Source: Gemmatimonadota bacterium
Lineage (GTDB): Bacteria; Gemmatimonadota; Gemmatimonadetes; Palauibacterales; Palauibacteraceae
Direction: 5' to 3'
DNA: 15,775 nt
NCBI GenBank assembly: GCA_046758745.1
Contig: JBHIAV010000057.1
Coordinates: forward strand, 1 to 15,775
Each line of letters starts with the position of its first letter. Position 1 is the first letter of the stretch. The position numbers and the translations under genes are program-made. Of the stretch, positions 6,692 through 13,726 are shown one piece after another. The notes under the pieces were generated by a model, which searched no databases, was not told the origin of the DNA, and saw only the letters and a list, made by a program, of their open reading frames with translations.

Positions 6692-7549
6692 ATGATGCGA
6701 ATCCGCGTCGCACTCTTCGGCCTTCTTCTCCCGCTCCTCGCTGGATGCACACGGCCGGAGTCGCCGGCGACCGGCAGGGCGACGCATCCGAACGCGGTGC
6801 AGCTCGTCTTCCTGGACGTCGGGCAGGGGGACGCGATCCTCGTTCGCTCCCCGGACGGCAAGACAGCGCTCATCGACGGAGGACGGGGATCCGAGATCGT
6901 CGGCAAGCTGCGCGCGCAGGGCGTGGCTTCGCTCGACCTCGTCATCGCCTCGCACGCTCACGCGGACCATATCGGAGGCCTCGGGAGCGTGTTGCGGTCG
7001 ATGCCCGTGCGCTTCTACATGGACAACGCGGTGCCGTACACGACGTCCACGTATCTCGACCTCCTGACGACCGTTCGGGAATCGGGGGCCACCTACCTGC
7101 GACCCACGGCGCGGACGCTGGAGCTCGGAAGGGTCACGCTCCGCATTCTGGAGCCACCGCCGCGGAGCGACGAACCGGAGCAGAACGATGCATCCATCGG
7201 CGTCGTGGTGGAGTTCGGCGAGTTCCGGGCCCTTCTCACGGGAGACTCCGAAGTCGGCGAGATCAACCACTGGCTGACCCTGGGCGTTCCGGCCGTCACG
7301 CTGCTCAAGGCGGCGCATCACGGGAGCCGCAACGGCGTCACGCCCGCCTGGCTGTCCGCCACCCGACCCGAGCTCGTCGTCATCTCCGTCGGACGAGGGA
7401 ATCCGTACGGGCACCCCCATCCCATGGCCCTTCGTTACTATGCAGCCGTCGCCAAGTCGCTGTACCGAACGGATCGCGACGGTGACGTGACCGTATGGGG
7501 ACGCAGGGACGGTAGCTATGCGGTAGATGTCGCTCGAGGAGGACGGTAG
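6692..7549 (+). CDS. ComEC/Rec2-type MBL-fold metallo-hydrolase, predicted lipoprotein
   Basis: Signal peptide with lipobox LAGC. FLDVGQGDAIL, LIDGG, SHAHADHIGG, LLTGD, AAHHGS, GNPYGHP, YRTD. No membrane Competence domain. Confidence 0.92.
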   Translation: MMRIRVALFGLLLPLLAGCTRPESPATGRATHPNAVQLVFLDVGQGDAILVRSPDGKTALIDGGRGSEIVGKLRAQGVASLDLVIASHAHADHIGGLGSVLRSMPVRFYMDNAVPYTTSTYLDLLTTVRESGATYLRPTARTLELGRVTLRILEPPPRSDEPEQNDASIGVVVEFGEFRALLTGDSEVGEINHWLTLGVPAVTLLKAAHHGSRNGVTPAWLSATRPELVVISVGRGNPYGHPHPMALRYYAAVAKSLYRTDRDGDVTVWGRRDGSYAVDVARGGR

Positions 7550-7684
7550 GCGGGAGGTCGCGCCCGGCGCGGTGCGGCGGCGAGTCAGCCTGCGCAGATG
7601 GGGTGCGGTGCGGAGGCGCGACGAGGCGCGGAGCCCGCGCTCATCTCGCGCGGCCCGCGCGTCCGCCCGCAGCGGAGGAGAGCG

Positions 7685-7975
7685 ATGGCGGAAACATCGG
7701 ATAGAGACGAGGTCCTGCTCGTAGTGGATCGGATCGAGGGCTCGCTGGCCGTCCTCGTCTCCGACTCCGGGGACGAGGAAACGGTCCCCGTGCGGCTCCT
7801 CCCCTCCGGGGTCCGCGAGGGAGCGGTCCTTCGCGTGACGCGCGACGCCGCCGAGGGCTTCCTGTGGTCGACTGCGCGTCTCGACCCGGCCGAAGCCGAG
7901 CGCCGCCTCGATCGGGCCCGCAGGATGCTGGAGGAGCTGAGCGAGCAGGATACGGGTTCGGATCTCGAGCTGTAG
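7685..7975 (+). CDS. DUF3006 family protein
   Basis: VVDRIEGSLAVL ... VPVRLLPSGVREGAVL ... AEAERRLDRARRMLEEL. GGAGGAG RBS; follows a ComEC-type MBL gene, as is common; 96 aa. Confidence 0.85.
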   Translation: MAETSDRDEVLLVVDRIEGSLAVLVSDSGDEETVPVRLLPSGVREGAVLRVTRDAAEGFLWSTARLDPAEAERRLDRARRMLEELSEQDTGSDLEL

Positions 7976-8199
7976 GCTCATGCGCCGCAAGCGGCACCGG
8001 GCGCGCTCGCCGGTCTCCTCTTTGAAGGCGCGCGCATCGAGAGCGGGCGGTCACAACCTCGCCAGCCGCTCCGACACGGTCGAGTTCTTCGGCTCCGGGT
8101 CGGCGGGTCGCTCGTGCAGACCCTTCCGCTGAACTATGCACCTGTCTGCAACTATGAGATTGAATGCAGCCTCAGCCGGCCAGCCGCGTCTCGCGCGAA

Positions 8200-8763
8200 C
8201 TATGCCTCGCTTCGGAGCTGGCGAAGGCGCTCCGGCATGTCTTCGCGCCCCGGGATGGCGGCAAACTCCTCCGCCCACCGCTCGATGTACGACCAGTCGA
8301 GCGTATCTCCCTGCCGCCGCGCCACGCCGATCGCGTCCTCGAGATCCCGCGGCCGCGCCGCGAACAGTTTGTGGATGATCAGGTCCTCCGCGGTGGCAAA
8401 GGGTATCTGTTGCCCGGCAACCGAAACGCGAATCGCCCGCTGAATCGCCTGCCTCTCGTAGGGAGTCGTGGAGAAGATGAAATCGACGCGCAGGCGTGAC
8501 ACGGGATCGATGGACGGAAGCACGTACGTACGTGTGGCGAAGGCCTCGACGTCTTCCGGAAGGGGCTCCAGGCCCGAGGCCGAGCACACGGCAACAAGGT
8601 CTCCAACCCGGCGCGGATCGGCCGCCACGGTGAGGTCGATGTCTTCCGTCAGCCTCGGGCGACCGTGGAGCAGCACCGCCTGACCCCCGATCACCATGAA
8701 CGCCAGCGCACGGGATTCCAGCTCTCGAGATACCTGCGCGAGCAGCTCCTGAAAGTCCCTCAC
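8200..8763 (-). CDS. Nucleotidyltransferase, DUF6036/AbiEii-like (MenT1-like putative toxin)
   Basis: MVIGGQAVLLHGRPRLTEDIDL (GG...RxTxDxD), RVDFIF, AEDLIIHKLFAARPRDLED. GTG start overlaps the upstream stop (GTGA 8763-8760); 187 aa. Confidence 0.88.
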   Translation of the reverse strand: MRDFQELLAQVSRELESRALAFMVIGGQAVLLHGRPRLTEDIDLTVAADPRRVGDLVAVCSASGLEPLPEDVEAFATRTYVLPSIDPVSRLRVDFIFSTTPYERQAIQRAIRVSVAGQQIPFATAEDLIIHKLFAARPRDLEDAIGVARRQGDTLDWSYIERWAEEFAAIPGREDMPERLRQLRSEA

Positions 8764-8972
8764 AGGGGCGGCAGTCCGTTCACGGCACGCGCGATGGCCA
8801 GATCGGCCTCGATGTCGTCCTCCCACGGACCGGGGAAGGACTCGTTGAGCTCACGCGCCTGCTTCCACATCGCCGCGAAGATCTCGAGCGCCCGCTCGTA
8901 GGTGAGGTCGGCGAAGGCCTCGCGCCCGTAGCGCTTCTCGAATTCCGACAGGGTGGAGCAGTCACGGATCAT
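8760..8972 (-). CDS. Small acidic helical protein, putative antitoxin of the nucleotidyltransferase
   Basis: 70 aa. GAGGAGG RBS (8990-8984), own promoter, and a 4-nt overlap with the NTase gene. No family recognised. Confidence 0.78.
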   Translation of the reverse strand: MIRDCSTLSEFEKRYGREAFADLTYERALEIFAAMWKQARELNESFPGPWEDDIEADLAIARAVNGLPPL

Positions 8973-9001
8973 GCGTTTCCAGGCCTCCTCGGTAGCATTT
9001 C

Positions 9002-9030
9002 AATATATCAAGAATCAACCTTTAGTACAA
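9002..9030 (-). promoter_or_regulatory. Sigma70 promoter of the 70-aa/NTase operon
   Basis: Minus strand TTGTAC(9030-9025)-N17-TATATT(9007-9002) with TGn extension, in the most AT-rich patch of the window (~8996-9060). Confidence 0.62.
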
Positions 9031-9083
9031 CTACTTATATTACTATAGCTACGAGAGTTACAACCGCTGCCCAGAGCCGCGAG

Positions 9084-11207
9084 CTACGGGTCCGACGCGG
9101 CCCGCCGGATGAGCTGCTGGAACCGCGGGTCGTCCCGCAGCGGGTCCCACGCAGGGTCGAGGCGCAGCATGGCCACCGAGAGGTCGCCCGGGATCGAGAG
9201 CAGCCGCTCCAGGATGTCGATCGCTTCACCCGGGCGGCCCACCATGCCGTAGATCCGGGCCAGCTGCCCGAGCCGGAAGCTGCCGCGCCACGCCTCCTTC
9301 TCGACAGGCATCAGCTCGGCGGCCAGCTCTCCCTCCCGGATCGCCTCCTCTGCCCGACCGAGACCGGCGTAGGCGATCCCCAGCGCGCCGTGGTAGCGAG
9401 GGTCCTCGGGATCGGAGGCGATGAGGGACTCCAGCGCGACGCGCGCCGAGTCGTAGTACGCCCGCGCCCGCGGCCCGTCGCCCGCGAGGGCGTACGCCTC
9501 CGCGTAGGCGAGGGCCCTGGGCTTGTACTCGAACTGTCCCTTCCACACGGGGTCCGGGCTGACGGCCAGCGACGCCAGGGCGCGCTCGACGTCGCGGTCC
9601 AGGTACGCGAGCCAGGGAAACAGCCCCCTGTACTGCACGATGGCCCCCAGCTCGACGCCCCGCTGAGCCGCCAAGAGCGCCGCCTTGGTATCCCCATCTG
9701 CCCGGACCGGCAGGTAGGTGAGCCACAGGTGGGCGATCTCGGAGCTTGGCTTCAGGTCGGCCGCCCGGCGGATCCAGGGCGCGGCCTCGTCGTATCGCCG
9801 GAGGAGGAGCAGGGTCTCGCCGACGGAAACGGCGGCGGCGGTGGAGCGGGGGTCGAGCTCCTGCCCCCGCAGGTAGCGCTCCAGCGCCTTTTCCACCTCG
9901 CCGGCGCGGCGGAGGATATCGCCGGTCAGCAGGTGGACCTCGGCGCTTCCCGGCTGGGCGCGCTCCGCGATCCCGACCTCTTCCAGAGCCCGGGCGTAGT
10001 CCAGAGGGATCCGGTAGAAGTAGTGGGCGAGCGCCCTGTGACCTTCCGGGAGCTCCGGATCGAGCTCCAGCGCCCGCTGCGCTGTCTCCAGCGCGCTGCG
10101 CGCCCGCTCGGCCGAGCGGTCGTGGTGGAACCAGTAGAGGAGGGAGTGGGCGACGGAGAGCTCCGCCCAGGCGAGCGCGAACTCCGGATCCAGCTCCACG
10201 GCGCGGGCATACGTCTGTTCTCCGCCCCGAAGCTCCCCCTCCGTATACCCGCCGAACAGGTAGTCCTTGCCCAGCAGGTAGAAGTCGTACGCCTCGAGGT
10301 TCTCGGTAGGAAGCGCGGCGATGCTCTCGCGCTCCTCCGTGGTGAGCCTGGCCTCCAGGGCATCGGCGATCGCTTGCGCGATCTCGCTCTGGATGGCGAA
10401 GATGTTGGCCACCGTGAGGGTCCGGTTGTACCGCTCCGCCCACAGGTGCTCGTCAGCCCGGGCGTCGATGAGCTGCACGTTGATGCGCACCTGGTCGCCG
10501 GCCCGCTGCACGCCCCCCTCCAGCACGTGCCCGACGCCGAGCTCCCTCGCGATCTGCCGGACGTTCCTGGTCGTGGTCCGGTACTCCTGGACGGACGTTC
10601 GCGATATGACCCGCAGCTCGCGGATCTTCGAGAGCTGCGTCAGCAGGTCGTCGTGGATCCCGTCCGTGAAGGGGCGGGTCTCATCGTCGCCGCTCAGGTT
10701 GGCAAAGGGGAGAACGGCGATGGAGGGGCGTTCCGCGGCGCCCGGTCGGTCGGGAGAGGTGGCCGGGCGGTCGGCTGCCGCGCCCGGGGCCGCAGCCCGC
10801 TCGGCGTCGCCCGGCCGCAGGAACCACCAGCCTCCAGCGAGCAGGAGCGCCGTCCCGGCCAGCGCCAGGATCCCCGCCGGCCAGCGCTTCGCCGGCGGCT
10901 GGGCCACGATCGCCTCCAGCTCGGCGGCCGAAGCCGGATCCGTACGCTTCACCCCTTCGGGCGTCACCTGAAAGGCCCACGCGAGCACGAGGGCGATCGG
11001 GAAGCCGGCGAAGAGCAGGACGCCCACCAGGCGGTAGGCCCACTCCGGCAGCAGAAGCATGGGGACCAGCAGCTCCACCGCCTGGAGGACCACGAATCCC
11101 ACCGCCCCGTACACGGCCGCCACCCTGAACACGCGGCGCCGCTTGAGCTCCGCGAAGAAGGTCTGGTATCGGGGGCTGCGCCGCGAGCGCTCCGGAACCT
11201 CCATCAT
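9084..11207 (-). CDS. Membrane-anchored TolB-N-like ('SIAVLPF') domain and TPR repeat protein
   Basis: FFAELKRRRVFRVAAVY plus ~3 hydrophobic segments, SIAVLPFANLS...LRVISRTSV...VLEGGVQRAGDQVRINVQLIDA...HLWAERY, multiple TPRs, and C-terminal DPAWDPLRDDPRFQQL. Start uncertain (11207/11204/11261). Confidence 0.9.
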   Translation of the reverse strand: MMEVPERSRRSPRYQTFFAELKRRRVFRVAAVYGAVGFVVLQAVELLVPMLLLPEWAYRLVGVLLFAGFPIALVLAWAFQVTPEGVKRTDPASAAELEAIVAQPPAKRWPAGILALAGTALLLAGGWWFLRPGDAERAAAPGAAADRPATSPDRPGAAERPSIAVLPFANLSGDDETRPFTDGIHDDLLTQLSKIRELRVISRTSVQEYRTTTRNVRQIARELGVGHVLEGGVQRAGDQVRINVQLIDARADEHLWAERYNRTLTVANIFAIQSEIAQAIADALEARLTTEERESIAALPTENLEAYDFYLLGKDYLFGGYTEGELRGGEQTYARAVELDPEFALAWAELSVAHSLLYWFHHDRSAERARSALETAQRALELDPELPEGHRALAHYFYRIPLDYARALEEVGIAERAQPGSAEVHLLTGDILRRAGEVEKALERYLRGQELDPRSTAAAVSVGETLLLLRRYDEAAPWIRRAADLKPSSEIAHLWLTYLPVRADGDTKAALLAAQRGVELGAIVQYRGLFPWLAYLDRDVERALASLAVSPDPVWKGQFEYKPRALAYAEAYALAGDGPRARAYYDSARVALESLIASDPEDPRYHGALGIAYAGLGRAEEAIREGELAAELMPVEKEAWRGSFRLGQLARIYGMVGRPGEAIDILERLLSIPGDLSVAMLRLDPAWDPLRDDPRFQQLIRRAASDP

Positions 11208-11457
11208 GGGCGCAAAGATCGGGGCAGCGCCGCGGGCGTGGCAAGCGAGCGCCTCGGACACCGGAATGCGGGGGCCGGGAGTTGATCTCGAGTTGACGGG
11301 CCCGAGTCAGCTCTTCGTGGGGCTCCGCCCTATGGCCGCGCAAGGCTTCCCCCGGACTGGCCTCCGGCCCGGCCGCCCTCCAGGAGATCTTCGCAGGCCG
11401 AGGCGGCCGCGCCCCGACCGGGCCCTGTGGTGCCATCCTTGACGCGGGAGGCATGGT

Positions 11458-11473
11458 TGACTACTTATAGTCA
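11458..11473 (+). promoter_or_regulatory. Phd operator palindrome overlapping a -10 box
   Basis: TGACTA-CTTA-TAGTCA perfect inverted repeat. TATAGT at 11466-11471 lies 6 nt before ATG 11478. Confidence 0.6.
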
Positions 11474-11477
11474 TGTA

Positions 11478-11741
11478 ATGGCCAGAAACGAGGTGAGGAT
11501 CGCCGAGCTCAAGGCCCGGCTGAGCGAGCACCTGCGGCGCGTGCGGCGCGGCCACGTGCTCACGGTCCTGGACCGGGAGACACCGATCGCCAGGCTGATC
11601 CCCTACGCCGAGCCCGGTCCCCTGCGGGCGCGGGAGCCGATGGGGCGCGCGCCTCTACGGGCCGTCCCGCTTCCCCCGCCCCTCCCCATCGATTTCGACA
11701 TCGGGGAGCTCCTCCGGGAGGAGAGACAGGAAGATCGTTGA
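11478..11741 (+). CDS. Phd/YefM family antitoxin
   Basis: VRIAELKARLSEHLRRVRRGHVLTVLDRETPIARLIP; C-terminal ELLREERQEDR; 87 aa. Confidence 0.93.
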   Translation: MARNEVRIAELKARLSEHLRRVRRGHVLTVLDRETPIARLIPYAEPGPLRAREPMGRAPLRAVPLPPPLPIDFDIGELLREERQEDR

Positions 11742-12154
11742 TCGCCTACCTCGACTCCTCGGTCCTCCTCCGGGTGATCCTCGGTCAGCACGATCGCCTG
11801 GCCGAATGGGACTCGATCGACACCGGTGTGGCGAGCGCCCTCGTTGAGGTCGAGTGTCTGCGCACCCTCGACCGCCTCCGGCTACGAGCTGGGATCTCCG
11901 GTGAGGAGATCGCCCTGCGGCGCGAGACCGTCTTTCGGCTGACGGAGGAGCTGGTGCTGATCGAGCCCACGGCCGCGGTGCTGAGGCGGGCCGGACAGCC
12001 GCTTCCGACGTCGCTCGGGACGCTCGATGCGATCCACCTCGCCACCGCCCTCCTGTGGCGCGAGCTGCGGAGCGAGGAGCCGGTCATGGCCACGCACGAT
12101 GAGGCGCTCGCCATGGCGGCGCGCGCGTCGGGGCTTCGTGTGGTGGGGGTATAG
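11738..12154 (+). CDS. vapC: PIN-domain VapC toxin
   Basis: IAYLDSSVLLR ... VEVECLRTL ... LGTLDAIHLATAL ... ATHDEALAMAARASG. TTG start overlaps the antitoxin stop (TTGA). Confidence 0.95.
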   Translation: MIAYLDSSVLLRVILGQHDRLAEWDSIDTGVASALVEVECLRTLDRLRLRAGISGEEIALRRETVFRLTEELVLIEPTAAVLRRAGQPLPTSLGTLDAIHLATALLWRELRSEEPVMATHDEALAMAARASGLRVVGV

Positions 12155-12199
12155 CCTCGGCGGGCAGGCTCCGCATCACCCACCGGGCGGCACCCCTTC

Positions 12200-13531
12200 T
12201 TAGAGGCCTATTCCCCCGTGGCCGCCCCGGTCACCGTTCTCGCCCGCTGTGAGCACCATGCGCCGCATGAGGAGCGTGACGATGACCGCCAGCCCGATGT
12301 AGAGCAGGGTGAAGGCGAGGAACGGGACGACGAGGTGGGGCATCGGGGTGACCGCGTCGGCCGTCCGCATCACGCCGTAGATGATCCACGGCTGCCGTCC
12401 GACCTCTGTGACCACCCAGCCCGCCTCGAGCGCCACGAAGCCGAGCGGCGCGCACAGGGCGAGCAGGTTCACGAACCAGCGGGCGTCCAGCGGATCGGGG
12501 CGGCGGCGCCAGCGCCACCCCGCGACGACGGCCACCACGGCCAGGAAGGTCCCGATCGCCACCATGAGCTGCCATGCCAGCCGCACCACGAGGAGCGGCG
12601 GCCATTCGTCGCGCGGAAACTCCTCCAGCCCCCTCACCTCGGCGTTGGGGTCGTGGAATGTGAGAAGGCTCAAGGCCTTCGGGATCTCGATGGCGCCGAT
12701 GCTGCGCCCCGCCTCGGCGTCGGGGATGCCGCCGATGCGAAGGGGTGCGCCCCTCTGCGTCTCGAAGTGCCCCTCCATGGCGGCGAGCTTGATCGGCTGG
12801 CGGATGGCCGTCGAGCGCGCGAGGAGGTCGCCGGAGATGGGCTGGAGGAGGGCCATCGGCGCCCCCATCGCCAGTGCGATCCCGAGCGCCGCCCGGTGGA
12901 GCCGGTTCCGGGGGTCGCGCCGCAGCAGCCACGCGTGGACACCGGCCACACCGAAGCCGACGGAGAGGTAGGCGGCGATGACCATGTGGACAGTCATCCC
13001 CTTCCACGCCGGATTGAACATCGCCGCCACCGGGTCGATCTCGGTGAACCGTCCGTCCACCAGCTCGAAGCCGGCCGGGCTGTTCATCCAGGCGTTCGCC
13101 GTCATCACGAAGAAGGCCGAGGCCGCACCGCTCAGCGCAACCATCACCCCCGCGGCGAGGTGCGCCCGCTCCGGCACCCGCTCCCAACCGTACAGGTAGA
13201 TGCCGAGGAAGATCGCCTCCGTGAAGAAGGCGAACCCCTCGAGCGAGAAAGGCATGCCGATGAGGGCCCCGGCGTGCTCCATGAAGGCGGGCCACAGCAG
13301 GCCGAGCTCGAAGGAGAGCACCGTTCCGGAGACGGCGCCGACCGCGAAGAAGATCGCCGTCCCCTTCGCCCACTGCCGCGCCAGAGTCCGGTAGATGGGG
13401 TCGCGGGTGCGCCGCCAGCGCCACTCGGCGACCACCATCAGCAGGGGCATGGCGATGCCGATCGCCGCGAAGACGATGTGGAAGGCGAGCGAGACACCCA
13501 TCTGGGCGCGGGCGGAGAGGAGATCGGTCAT
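12200..13531 (-). CDS. cydA: Cytochrome bd ubiquinol oxidase subunit I (short Q-loop)
   Basis: AFHIVF, FAVGAVSG, SLEGFAFFTEAIFLG, ANAWMNSPAG, QPIKLAAMEG, QLMV, EAGWVVTEVGRQPW; 443 aa. Confidence 0.97.
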   Translation of the reverse strand: MTDLLSARAQMGVSLAFHIVFAAIGIAMPLLMVVAEWRWRRTRDPIYRTLARQWAKGTAIFFAVGAVSGTVLSFELGLLWPAFMEHAGALIGMPFSLEGFAFFTEAIFLGIYLYGWERVPERAHLAAGVMVALSGAASAFFVMTANAWMNSPAGFELVDGRFTEIDPVAAMFNPAWKGMTVHMVIAAYLSVGFGVAGVHAWLLRRDPRNRLHRAALGIALAMGAPMALLQPISGDLLARSTAIRQPIKLAAMEGHFETQRGAPLRIGGIPDAEAGRSIGAIEIPKALSLLTFHDPNAEVRGLEEFPRDEWPPLLVVRLAWQLMVAIGTFLAVVAVVAGWRWRRRPDPLDARWFVNLLALCAPLGFVALEAGWVVTEVGRQPWIIYGVMRTADAVTPMPHLVVPFLAFTLLYIGLAVIVTLLMRRMVLTAGENGDRGGHGGIGL

Positions 13532-13562
13532 CGCCTATTCAGATCGAGCCGAACGGGGTCGC

Positions 13563-13656
13563 CGCACGCACGCGACATGAGCCGGGCGGTGCCGTCCCCA
13601 CCCACGCGATACGAGCCGGGCGGCAAGCTCCCACCCACGCGACACGAGCCGGGCGG
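13563..13656. repeat. Three tandem ~33-34-bp intergenic repeats
   Basis: Core CACGCGAYAYGAGCCGGGCGG at 13569, 13603 and 13636, each preceded by CGCACG/CCCACC. Confidence 0.88.
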
Positions 13657-13726
13657 CGGGGCCGCGAGCGAGGCCGCGGCGCGCAAACCTCGACGCCTCT
13701 CGGGGTGCGTGCGTGGGCCGACGCCG

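Noticed and set aside
6571-7485. 304-aa ORF as a DUF4160 fusion protein
   Set aside because: Only the first ~35 aa look protein-like; the rest is an off-frame read-through of the MBL gene.
6692-7549. Calling this gene comEC
   Set aside because: It lacks the membrane Competence and OB domains of full ComEC, so no symbol was given.
6272-7990. 572-aa minus-strand ORF (likewise 28..1167, 1106..2374, 4393..5829, 4400..5494)
   Set aside because: Alternative-frame or antisense ORFs overlapping well-supported genes, mostly Arg/Pro/Gly-rich, with no family motifs.
9390-11285. 631-aa plus-strand ORF
   Set aside because: Antisense shadow of the TPR gene.
305-12154. Integron cassette array explaining the TA density
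   Set aside because: No intI and no repeated RYYYAAC...GTTRRRY attC structures found by eye; orientations are mixed and housekeeping genes are interspersed. Not formally excluded without a covariance-model search.
13563-13656. 33-34-bp repeats as a mini-CRISPR
   Set aside because: Variable parts are only ~6-7 nt and the copies are degenerate; this is a tandem repeat, not repeat-spacer.
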